IMG/VR virus record: IMGVR_UViG_3300045581_000900
Span: 47,940 to 111,939 of that record
DNA: 64,000 nucleotides
Source: a virus
Direction: 5' to 3' (one strand)
The position numbers and the translations under genes are program-made. The stretch's first letter is position 1. Each line of letters opens with the position of its first letter. The notes under the pieces are model-generated. The model had not been told where the DNA came from. It searched no databases and saw only the letters and a list, made by a program, of their open reading frames with translations. This document shows positions 11,401 to 19,179 of the stretch, one piece after another.

Positions 11401-12864
11401 GCCGTTCACCAGTGCCGCGACCATCGGAAGATCGGACTTCTCTTCGCCGGGGAACATCAGCGGCATGTCGGCGAGTTCCTGCGGCGTCTTGTACTCAGTC
11501 TCGCCCGTCTGGGAGTTCTTCACGGGCACGACAAACGTGTGCAAATTCTGGGCTGACTTGCGGGCACCGGCGGCAAATCGCATATCGACGCCTACCTTGC
11601 CGCTCTCGGGCGTGCGGAGATAGTCGATAAAGCCGAAATGACTCGGCTGCACGCTGCGGGATTCGGCGGGAACGGCGTCGAGCGAGCCGATGCCGCCTTC
11701 GCCCAGTCGCGTGACGCGGGTCTGGTGATCGAAGATTTCAGCCGGGTTGATCTCTTCGAGGCTGGAACCAAGACCTGACCCGATAAGGGCCGCGGTGATC
11801 GACTTGTTAAACACGCCGGAAGGAATGTGATCCAGTGACTTTTTGGCCGTGGCTTTCCAGAGCAGTTGCCGCAGGGCTGTCTTGTCTTTGACGAACCGCT
11901 CCGAGATCAAATCCTCGGGGCCGAAGACCTGCTGATACGTCATGCTGTCGCGGTCGTCGCTGTCGGCTTCTTTACGATTGACGGCGATCAGCTTCTTCGT
12001 GATGTCGAGAATCGCGTCGGGGGTGAGATTCTTGTAGGGCTTGCCGAGCGTGCGTTTGGTGACCTCTTCGTCCAACTCTGTCTTGTTAAACTCCGCCGCG
12101 ATGGCCTTGATCTTGGCGATCTGGTCTGCGTTGGCGTCTGGTTTGAAGACAAGGCGTTGATAAAGTTTGTCGAGCGTGCCGGCATCGCCCTTCTGCATGT
12201 TGACGGCTGTGATCTCATTGCCCCACGCCTCCCGCATCTGCTTGTCGGTGACGCCGAGCGTCTTCAGCAGGGGCATGAGCGGAATCTTGGCTTGGCCGAT
12301 TTGAATCTGGAACTCGCCGGTCTTGGGGTCCATGTAATACCGGTGCGAGCGACCTTTGCCGGGCAGAGTATTGACGTGCGACTCCAGTTCGCCGTTCTCC
12401 TTCTCGCGGGTGAACACGCCCGGCCGCAGACGGAGTTGGTGGGCAAGGGTGTATTCAACGCCTTTGTTCACGAACGTGCCGGAGTCGGTGAGATACGGGA
12501 CGTTGGCGATCGTAGCTTGGCGGGACGCGACCGGCTGCTGTGTTTTGTTGTCTATGAGCGTCCACGTGCCGGTGAGCTTCCGGGCCAGAGAGCCACGCGT
12601 GAGCACGGCCTTCTTTTGGTCCTTGCGGCTGAACCGTTCGGGGCCGGCGTAGCCGACGTTCTGCAACTGCAGCGTGTACAGATCGTTTTGAATCGGCTCG
12701 ATGCTCGACGCACTTCGCAGAGCTTCGTTGAAGATATTGTCGCGAAGAGCGGGTACGTCGCCGAACGCTCGCGTCTGCGGCTGAGCGATCGGCTGCTTTG
12801 GCAGCGGCGGAGCAAGCGGCGGAAGTTGCGGGGCTGGTTGCAGCGGATCAGGCATGGCTCTCAC
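8428..12864 (-). CDS. rpoB: DNA-directed RNA polymerase: beta subunit fused to the N-terminal part of beta-prime
   Basis: Beta motifs HFGFIDYLRTPESGKVG, GRNYEDAVVISE, GDKITGRFGDKGVV, MKLHHTAESKGQGRSTG; then beta-prime motifs VLPPAFRP, NRAPVLHR and catalytic GADFDGD (8701-8721). Confidence 0.96.
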   Translation of the reverse strand: MRAMPDPLQPAPQLPPLAPPLPKQPIAQPQTRAFGDVPALRDNIFNEALRSASSIEPIQNDLYTLQLQNVGYAGPERFSRKDQKKAVLTRGSLARKLTGTWTLIDNKTQQPVASRQATIANVPYLTDSGTFVNKGVEYTLAHQLRLRPGVFTREKENGELESHVNTLPGKGRSHRYYMDPKTGEFQIQIGQAKIPLMPLLKTLGVTDKQMREAWGNEITAVNMQKGDAGTLDKLYQRLVFKPDANADQIAKIKAIAAEFNKTELDEEVTKRTLGKPYKNLTPDAILDITKKLIAVNRKEADSDDRDSMTYQQVFGPEDLISERFVKDKTALRQLLWKATAKKSLDHIPSGVFNKSITAALIGSGLGSSLEEINPAEIFDHQTRVTRLGEGGIGSLDAVPAESRSVQPSHFGFIDYLRTPESGKVGVDMRFAAGARKSAQNLHTFVVPVKNSQTGETEYKTPQELADMPLMFPGEEKSDLPMVAALVNGKIKYVPKKDAQYTVPNMDSTFSALTNMVPMKSMVKGQRVIMGSRMFTQALPLENAESPFVQSEKADLPGTSHEDEMGEKLGAIKSQFAGKVEAITPDEIIIRDQDGKKQTIDLYNDMPFNRKTFWTQTPTVQPGDTIKPGQLIATSNFTDKNGSAALGLNLRVGYLPFRGRNYEDAVVISESAAKRLTSQHMYQHEAEWDDNTHVGKKAFMSLFPSEYDKKMLESFDDNGAIKKGTVVNFGDPLVLVAKKREQVYGKVHRGRGGAFANETLTWEHHSPGIVTDVEHTKKGVSVVVKSKAQMEVGDKITGRFGDKGVVSEIVPDQQMPTDKDGNPMEILVSPLGLISRVNPAQIVEAALGKVAAKTGQPFKIKDFDDQKDLIEFAQQELAKHGLSDTEDLTDPESGRKIKGILTGHRFFMKLHHTAESKGQGRSTGGYTAEGTPAKGGSEGAKRVGMLELGALLSHGAGKVVRDSKMVRGQANPEYWTQFMAGYDPPLPKVPHVYEKFVNQLRASGVNTVRTGTKTHIMALTDKSVDELAGEREITSAETVDWKGNLKPIKGGLFDETLTGGHGGNRWAKITLHEPMPNPIMEEPIRRVLGLTEKQFRGILAGQDKLGDKTGPAAIHDALKSINLPKAIEQAREDIKSGRKTVRDAAVRRLGFLKGAETTNVHPKDWMLTKVGVLPPAFRPVSTMGSKKLPLVDDANYLYKELLDSNNVLKEASGTFADYGNERLSLYDSMKAVTGLGDPQHPKNVERNVRGFLSKIFGDSPKFGTMQRKLLSSTVDLVGRAVITPNPDLDMDEVALPEEKAWEIYKPFVVRGLVRRGMPRMNALRAVEDKNKAAFDELNTQMNAKPIVINRAPVLHRYGVMAFYPRLTKNKVMEVNPVITKGFGADFDGDAMQYHVPSTEEAAKEAVEKMLPSKNLFATANFKAHYVPNKDYQTGVYLASSKMNNRSKPRVYRSKKDALAAYRRGEIDVDTPVHIVEDKP

Positions 12865-13976
12865 ACTGCCGGGGTGTTTTGATTGCCTAACGCCATCGCC
12901 TTTACCTGAGCCACTTCACGCGGGTCGATCCACGCTCCGGGCAAAGAAGTTAACCGCTCACGAGCTTTGCGGGCCCGGGCAAGTTGCTTTGCCGCCGAGT
13001 TTTCTTGTGTCTTGTTATACATGTATGTGCCGCCGACACCTGCTGCTCCCAGACTCGCTAACGCGGTCAGAGCAACGGGCAGCGTGATACCGACGTCAGC
13101 AAGCGTGCTGCCCCAGCCCTCGTTTTGCTTCAAGCCGTTGTTAGCTCCGTTCCCGCCGCCGCCAGAGCCAGCCCACGCTTCGGGGCTGGTGTGCACGTAA
13201 TCCCAGAAACTAGCTCCCTTTTCTTTATACCCGTTAAACGCCGCATCCAAGGCTGCCGCTGCTTTTTCGTCGGCCACAAGCGTTTTGAAATATTCGTTTC
13301 GGGCGTCTTGGATTGCGTTGACGTTTTTTTCTTCTTTTGCTTTTGTATCGCGGCTGTCGAGCAGCGTGTTGGCCAATGCACCGCCGGCAACAAGGCCCGC
13401 AGGCACTGCCGCATACCGTCCGGCCATCGCCAGCCCCTCGTAAAAATTATTGGCGGCTTGCGGTATGTCAGACGTTGATTTTTGCTGCGACTCCGTCGCA
13501 AGTCGGCCAAGATTTGTTAACCCTAGCCCGCCAGCGAGACCAACGCCGCCGCCCATCGCGGCTCCTGAGAGAGCCGCCCGAAACTTATCTTTCTTCGCTC
13601 GATTGGCGTTCAGGTACGCCCCGATCCCGGCTCCCGCTACTGGCAGGCCGTAAAATAAGGCCTTGTCCAGCGGCGATAACGGACCAGCGGAATCCCACGT
13701 TGAAGACAGCTTTTCTACTGGTTGTTCGGCGGTTACGTCTTCGGGCAGAAAGCCAGACGTGGCAATCGCGTTATAGTCGGGGGCTTTTGGAAGGTGATCG
13801 TCCACAAGCTTTTTCTTAGTCCTTTTGAGCAGGTGAAACAGCCCCATGCCGCCCATACCTAACGCAGCGTTTGTTAAAAAATTGCCAACGGCCGCGGCAT
13901 GGTGCCGATCCCAAATCCGTTGGTCGTTTATGGCCCGTTCCGCGGCGGCGGCGGCCGGATTTGCTTGTTTCTTCAT
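12861..13976 (-). CDS. Glycine-zipper multi-TM probable virion protein
   Basis: Several GxxxG hydrophobic helices; KKQA, EKAA, EKGA motifs. Confidence 0.75.
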   Translation of the reverse strand: MKKQANPAAAAAERAINDQRIWDRHHAAAVGNFLTNAALGMGGMGLFHLLKRTKKKLVDDHLPKAPDYNAIATSGFLPEDVTAEQPVEKLSSTWDSAGPLSPLDKALFYGLPVAGAGIGAYLNANRAKKDKFRAALSGAAMGGGVGLAGGLGLTNLGRLATESQQKSTSDIPQAANNFYEGLAMAGRYAAVPAGLVAGGALANTLLDSRDTKAKEEKNVNAIQDARNEYFKTLVADEKAAAALDAAFNGYKEKGASFWDYVHTSPEAWAGSGGGGNGANNGLKQNEGWGSTLADVGITLPVALTALASLGAAGVGGTYMYNKTQENSAAKQLARARKARERLTSLPGAWIDPREVAQVKAMALGNQNTPAV

Positions 13977-13983
13977 AATGCAC

Positions 13984-14331
13984 CTACTTGGGCGGAATCA
14001 TGCCATAGACCTGACACCACTCCAGCCAGACTCTGTAATGTTTTTTTTCTTCGTCCCAGTGGTTTTCACGTTTTTGCAACATGTACCAGCCGTTAACAAT
14101 CTTATCATTTATGTCGTCAAATTCGTTTTTTTGCGACACGTCCCATAGTTCAAACAGTTTCGACTTGAAATCGAGCCGAAAATCTATGCCTTCTAGCTCT
14201 TCCTGCTTTAAGTTCGGTGTGACGCCGGCTGCGGCGAGTACGGGGAACCCTTCAGGCGTCCCGGGCCAATGAAGCCGATTATTGCCGTGCTGCTCCCCCG
14301 CAACTTCACCGAAGTACTTCCTTGTACTCAC
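13984..14331 (-). CDS. Hypothetical protein
   Basis: ORF with SD, operon packing. Confidence 0.75.
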   Translation of the reverse strand: MSTRKYFGEVAGEQHGNNRLHWPGTPEGFPVLAAAGVTPNLKQEELEGIDFRLDFKSKLFELWDVSQKNEFDDINDKIVNGWYMLQKRENHWDEEKKHYRVWLEWCQVYGMIPPK

Positions 14332-14345
14332 AAATCACTCCGTTA

Positions 14346-14744
14346 TTAAAGGCCCTGAGCTTTCCGATACTTCAGATATGCCTGCCGAGCTTTTAAACGA
14401 TCGGTGTACGCCTTGTAGGTGTTCGCGAGTTCTTGAGCCTTGATATCGTCTTCCGTGACATCCGGCTCGTTGAGTTTTGCCAGCCCGTAGCCACCTGCGG
14501 CACCAGCGGCCAAACCGAGCCCGACCGGCACTCCGACGGCTAATGTGGCGACCGGCTTGGCCGCCTCCACAAGGGCTTTTGCCCCGCCACTAATAGCAGA
14601 CCCTACGCCCAGTAAGTCAAGAGATGCTTTTTCAAGCCAGACGGCTCGCTCGCAGGCCGCCTTTTGCGATAATTTTTCTTCACGGCAGCGGGCGGCGAAC
14701 CCAAGCTGAAAAGCTGTCTTGGCGTCAATATTGGCAAAATCCAT
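14346..14744 (-). CDS. Glycine-zipper membrane protein
   Basis: KTAFQLGFAA N-terminal motif; GLGLAAGAAGGYG. Confidence 0.75.
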   Translation of the reverse strand: MDFANIDAKTAFQLGFAARCREEKLSQKAACERAVWLEKASLDLLGVGSAISGGAKALVEAAKPVATLAVGVPVGLGLAAGAAGGYGLAKLNEPDVTEDDIKAQELANTYKAYTDRLKARQAYLKYRKAQGL

Positions 14745-14745
14745 G

Positions 14746-15237
14746 TCACTCTCCCGGCAGAATTAATTTTTTGGGGCCTGTGTTCGGCCCACCCATTGTA
14801 AAATCTGGGGCGACATGTTTTCCAGTGTCTTTTCCGAGCGGAAGCATGCCGGGCAGGCGAGTTGAAAAATCAGCCGCACTCGCCAAAGAAATACGGCTTT
14901 TTCGGTTCGGGCGGTGCTTTGTAAACCACTCGTCGACCTTGGGGTCGTTGCGGTCGCCCTGCTCTTTGGCCTCGTTTGTGCAGGCGACCATGTCCTCAAT
15001 CGCCTTGATAAGCTCGCTGCGGTCGGCCGAGAGCCAGACGGCCTTGCTGGGATTTTCAGCGGCAATCGAGCGGAGCCGGCGGGCTTCGTCGGACAGGGCC
15101 TGAGCCCGCAAGAGAAATTCTTTACGCGTTAAAACGTAAAACTCACCGGTATCTTCGTCATGCAGGCAGACAAAACCGTTTTCGGCGTAAAACTTAAGCC
15201 CGCGGAACGTGTAACACTTGCCGGTGACCTTTTGCAT
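14746..15237 (-). CDS. Hypothetical protein
   Basis: ORF packing. Confidence 0.75.
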   Translation of the reverse strand: MQKVTGKCYTFRGLKFYAENGFVCLHDEDTGEFYVLTRKEFLLRAQALSDEARRLRSIAAENPSKAVWLSADRSELIKAIEDMVACTNEAKEQGDRNDPKVDEWFTKHRPNRKSRISLASAADFSTRLPGMLPLGKDTGKHVAPDFTMGGPNTGPKKLILPGE

Positions 15238-15316
15238 CCTTGCACCTTTGTCGCATGTATCGGACCATAGAACGCGTAGGCACGTGTATATCAGCCGTTA
15301 CGCGTTTCGGCAACGG

Positions 15317-15664
15317 CTATTGCACCAGCCGTGTGCCTACCGGTGCCGGCTGCTTGTACCGATCCGGGTCTGATTTTGGTGTCTTAACGCCCGGAGCGGC
15401 GGGATAGATATCAAGTGTGTCACCTGTCGGCCCTTCGCAGTCGGGGCACTTGGTCCACGGGTTATTGCTGTCGCCGGTCCGCACACGGCCAGTGCCGTTG
15501 CAGTTCGTGCAGTCCTTCGTCGGCACCTTCGGCTTTGTGGGGGCCGCACTGGGAAGCGTGGCGGCGTAAGCAACATGAGCCGCAATCTCGCCGACGTAGT
15601 CGGTGTTGTCGGCGTGGTTGACTGGAAACAAAAACGCCAACACCGTCAAAAGCCACTTCCACAT
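15317..15664 (-). CDS. Exported protein with DnaJ-type Zn knuckle
   Basis: Signal-like N-terminus; CTNCNGTG...CPDC. Confidence 0.7.
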   Translation of the reverse strand: MWKWLLTVLAFLFPVNHADNTDYVGEIAAHVAYAATLPSAAPTKPKVPTKDCTNCNGTGRVRTGDSNNPWTKCPDCEGPTGDTLDIYPAAPGVKTPKSDPDRYKQPAPVGTRLVQ

Positions 15665-15733
15665 AGCAGTATCCTTTGTTTAGCCATCTTGTGCGGAACG
15701 ACATAACTTTCTGCTGTCATTCCGCTCGCAACG

Positions 15734-16759
15734 TCAAATCTTACCCCGTGCCCCGTAGCTCTTCAGTTTTTTGGGCGGCCAGCCGTTCACGCCGGAGAAC
15801 GCGATCATTGAGCGGTTCTTCATATCAGACCACTTTGACCAGAACGAGCCAACCGGAATGTCATAGTTGGTGCCGTAGATACGCGTCCCGCCGCGGTTCC
15901 ATTCACCCCACGAATTTTGAATTAACACCAGCGGCTCACCATAAAGTTTAATAATCTCGGGGCGGTCGTCGACTCCGAGATAGGCAAGGGCGTGGGCCCA
16001 GCCCTTCGATGTCCGCTTAGATACGCCATTTTCATCTCTGACGTCAGACCACGATTCGCCGCCACAGCTACTAACACAGTAACCGTTGGCCAAGAAGTCG
16101 CGGAGTTGTTCAAAGCTCGTGACTTCCGTCGCGGTGCGGATTAAATGATTTTTGCCGATCTCAAGCCACGAGTCGGGCGGCGTTCGCGAGCCGTAAATAC
16201 CGGCGTTGCGAGCACTGTACTTTGTGAGATCAACGCCGATCTCGTCGTACTTCTTTCGAAGCCACAGGCCGCTTTCTTTCAGCACGACCTGAGCCGCGGC
16301 CCCGCAACTCCATCCGTCCCCACCATGCCGACGCCAGTTGTAAATGGCTTCGGTGCTGAGCACGCCGAAGGCGATGGCAACCTCGCTGACTTCAGGGGCA
16401 CCTTCTAACTTGCCGCTGACCTCGTCGGGCTTGCCGCTGGTGATCTCGCAGCACATGGTGCCGAGACCGGCGTTTCGCGTCGACCAACTGACACAGTCGC
16501 CGCGGCCCTGACCGCCACCGGGTAAACAGCCGGGATACAAAGAAAGAATTTCAAGAACCGGAAGGCTTAACTTGCCCTTGCCGCTGTCTTCCAGCCCGAA
16601 TGACTGGCAGGCCATCGCACCATCGGGAATACCGCCGCTGGAGCGGACAAAGTCCCACAGTTCTTCGTTGGCCCTGGGATCGGAGTACGCCCCGAGAAAA
16701 CCACTCTCGTACGCTTTGACGACGTCAAAGACATCTGTGAAAAACAGTTCTTCAGCCAT
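15734..16759 (-). CDS. Papain-like (C1 family) cysteine peptidase
   Basis: Q-G-R-G-D-C-V-S-W; WAHAL; LIQNSWGEW (Q, C, H, N catalytic set). Confidence 0.8.
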   Translation of the reverse strand: MAEELFFTDVFDVVKAYESGFLGAYSDPRANEELWDFVRSSGGIPDGAMACQSFGLEDSGKGKLSLPVLEILSLYPGCLPGGGQGRGDCVSWSTRNAGLGTMCCEITSGKPDEVSGKLEGAPEVSEVAIAFGVLSTEAIYNWRRHGGDGWSCGAAAQVVLKESGLWLRKKYDEIGVDLTKYSARNAGIYGSRTPPDSWLEIGKNHLIRTATEVTSFEQLRDFLANGYCVSSCGGESWSDVRDENGVSKRTSKGWAHALAYLGVDDRPEIIKLYGEPLVLIQNSWGEWNRGGTRIYGTNYDIPVGSFWSKWSDMKNRSMIAFSGVNGWPPKKLKSYGARGKI

Positions 16760-16770
16760 CGTCGTCCTCC

Positions 16771-17226
16771 TTAACGAGCCGACGCGATAATCGTGTCGCA
16801 GGCTTTGACGAGCTTGGCCTGTATCAGCGGCGTCACTGCGTTTACTACACTGGCGTCCGTATCTTTGTCCTGCACGGCTTTATAGAACACAGCCTCGATC
16901 GCCTCGTCGAGTCCGGGGTACTTGCCCGGCGGCTCAATAGCAAGGGTCAGTGTTTCACCGTGCACTTCTTCCCACTTCTCTGTCGTGTTCACTCGCTTGC
17001 CGTTGTCTTTGTTCAAGACAGCCTTCAAGCCGCGGTACACGCTGACGATGCGAGCCTTGTCGGCGGCGGAGGCGTTCGCCAAGAGTTTCACGATTTCGGC
17101 GTCGGCAGGCACATTGACCTCGGGCGTCGACTCTGCCGGTTTTGAAAACGATGGCAGCGAAACGCCGTTCGGGTACACAATGGCTACTGCCAGCACCAGC
17201 CCAGCAACCCATACAAGCTTCTTCAT
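16771..17226 (-). CDS. N-terminally anchored or exported helical protein
   Basis: MKKLVWVAGLVLAVAIV signal/TM. Confidence 0.75.
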   Translation of the reverse strand: MKKLVWVAGLVLAVAIVYPNGVSLPSFSKPAESTPEVNVPADAEIVKLLANASAADKARIVSVYRGLKAVLNKDNGKRVNTTEKWEEVHGETLTLAIEPPGKYPGLDEAIEAVFYKAVQDKDTDASVVNAVTPLIQAKLVKACDTIIASAR

Positions 17227-17256
17227 GAAAAGTACTCCCGGTCGGGTATAGGTAGG

Positions 17257-17538
17257 TCAGGCTAAGGGCTTCTTCTTGGTGTGCTCGACGATCACCCGCA
17301 GCAGAGCCGTGCAGGCATCGACGCCCTCGGGGCAGTTTTCAGCCGCCAGCTTGTCGCGAAGCTCGGTGACCGAGATCAGGTCGTTGACGATCGTCACAGC
17401 AATCGAAGGCTGCACGTCTGCATCGGCGGAGCCGCCGGCCTTCAGCCTGCCGCGAACAAACGCCAACAATTCCTTCCGATACACGACCAGCAGCAGCGTC
17501 ACAAAAACGCCGGCCGCTACCAACTGAAATGTCGTCAT
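17257..17538 (-). CDS. Single-TM membrane protein
   Basis: N-terminal TM helix. Confidence 0.7.
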   Translation of the reverse strand: MTTFQLVAAGVFVTLLLVVYRKELLAFVRGRLKAGGSADADVQPSIAVTIVNDLISVTELRDKLAAENCPEGVDACTALLRVIVEHTKKKPLA

Positions 17539-17568
17539 AATTTAATCTCCTGTAACCTAGCTATTTTA

Positions 17569-18384
17569 TCATGTTTGCGGGACAAGTACGTAGGGCCTGC
17601 CGTTGATCATAATCTTGCCGCCAATTTTAAGTCCAGCGTCCTTTGTTAATGGATACCGGCCTTTGCGTTTGCCGTACAGCTTTACCATCTCTTCAATGTC
17701 GCCGGCACGTGGGGCTGTGCAGTTCGGGTCGTAGTACGGGGCCATTAAATTCCCTGCGTTTAAATGCCCCAGCCCCAACGCGTGCCCGAGTTCGTGACAC
17801 ATGACCGCTACGGCCATATTAAACGACCAGTCTTCTGCCTCGTCGTACATCTGATCAAGCTGCATGTTTTCTGCCACGCCGCACGGAAGTTCGCTCCACG
17901 CCAGCGTGCCACCGCGTGCGTCGAGATTGTGCTTTCTGCCCGAGCCAGAGCGGGCGTAGATATTGGCGTGCTCTTTCTTCTCCACGCGGGTCGGCTCGAT
18001 CGCACACACCTCAGCCCACTGCGAAAACGCAATATCGTACGCCTCTTTAATCTGCTCGTCCGACATGTTCGGCAGCTTGATGTCGTGGTAGTACGTGATC
18101 TTCTGCATGGGCCACTTGCAGGGGTCCAAGCCTGCGGCGGTCAGATTAAAATCAGGCAGGCCGCAACGAAGCTTCCGAATACGATGGGCGGTCTTCTCAT
18201 TGACGTCGCCGCTCTCCTCCAGCCCGTTAAACTTCTGATATTCGCGGACCGCTTTTTGCAGTTCGGCCCCCTTCAATTTTTTAACAGCCGCCCACGATTT
18301 GTCGCCAAAGTACCCATAGTCGTACAAGAACTTTAAAACGTCATTGATCGGGAGTACGCTGTTTAATGCCGGCTTCCGTGCCAT
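17569..18384 (-). CDS. Matrixin (M10) metallopeptidase with PG-binding-like prodomain and cysteine switch
   Basis: RCGLPD; HELGHALGLGH; Met-turn LMAPYY. Confidence 0.88.
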   Translation of the reverse strand: MARKPALNSVLPINDVLKFLYDYGYFGDKSWAAVKKLKGAELQKAVREYQKFNGLEESGDVNEKTAHRIRKLRCGLPDFNLTAAGLDPCKWPMQKITYYHDIKLPNMSDEQIKEAYDIAFSQWAEVCAIEPTRVEKKEHANIYARSGSGRKHNLDARGGTLAWSELPCGVAENMQLDQMYDEAEDWSFNMAVAVMCHELGHALGLGHLNAGNLMAPYYDPNCTAPRAGDIEEMVKLYGKRKGRYPLTKDAGLKIGGKIMINGRPYVLVPQT

Positions 18385-18396
18385 ACATCACCTGCG

Positions 18397-18807
18397 TCAG
18401 TTAGAGGATTGAACAATGCCAGCAATATCGTCGCGGCGGCATTGCTTCACCGAGCGAACGGCCGCCTCAAAAAACGGATTTTTCTTGCCGGGTTCGATCC
18501 CTCGCTCGGAACAGTGCTTCGCCCACAGGCTGTTCAGCCGTCGCTTGAGCCGCATTAACTTTCGCGGCGGCAGCATGCTGACGTTGGCCATGTCGAGTTC
18601 GACATCAGCCGCAGACCGGTTTTTCATGCACAGGTTCACCACCTGCAGAATCACCGAAATGATGAACAGGATGGTAAGCGGGTCGAAGCCGTAGCTTGCC
18701 CGCTCTTCCTGCGACATCAGGTCCGCGATCAGGTTCTGTTCTAGGTTTTTCAAGCCTTGCGAGGCGTCGATCTTCTCCCGGAGGGTCGTGAGTTCTTCGT
18801 GTGTCAC
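18397..18807 (-). CDS. Membrane protein
   Basis: Central hydrophobic helix FDPLTILFIISVILQVV. Confidence 0.7.
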   Translation of the reverse strand: MTHEELTTLREKIDASQGLKNLEQNLIADLMSQEERASYGFDPLTILFIISVILQVVNLCMKNRSAADVELDMANVSMLPPRKLMRLKRRLNSLWAKHCSERGIEPGKKNPFFEAAVRSVKQCRRDDIAGIVQSSN

Positions 18808-19169
18808 AGAGCCCTCATCTTTTCTACAGCCACAGCCTCGACGTACTGATACTTCATCGTCAGCAACTGCGACTTCAACGCCGTGCGGCTGGCAATAAAC
18901 TTCCAGATGAGAATCGAGTTCACCACGATCACCTCACTGGCCCCGACAAGAGCCGTGATCGCTTTCGTGAGCGTTTCCACCTCGGCGTTGCTCATCCAGC
19001 CCAGCAGGACGACGACCGCCAGCAGATTGGACACCGCGGTCGTGACCGTCGTGACAAGCTCGGGTGTCACCCACTTGGTCACTACGGCGTTTTCATCACG
19101 GCTGAACAGGTCAGTAATGAACCGCAGTTCTGCCACGGGAGCGTCAACAGGTTTTTTCATAGTCGCCAT
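18804..19169 (-). CDS. Two-TM membrane protein, holin-like
   Basis: Two hydrophobic helices; SD GAGG. Confidence 0.6.
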   Translation of the reverse strand: MATMKKPVDAPVAELRFITDLFSRDENAVVTKWVTPELVTTVTTAVSNLLAVVVLLGWMSNAEVETLTKAITALVGASEVIVVNSILIWKFIASRTALKSQLLTMKYQYVEAVAVEKMRAL

Positions 19170-19179
19170 ACTGCACCTC

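Noticed and set aside
5491-12864. Cellular rpoBC operon (bacterial chromosome or contamination)
   Set aside because: No flanking ribosomal-protein genes, split/fused architecture, divergent motifs and phage-like neighbours.
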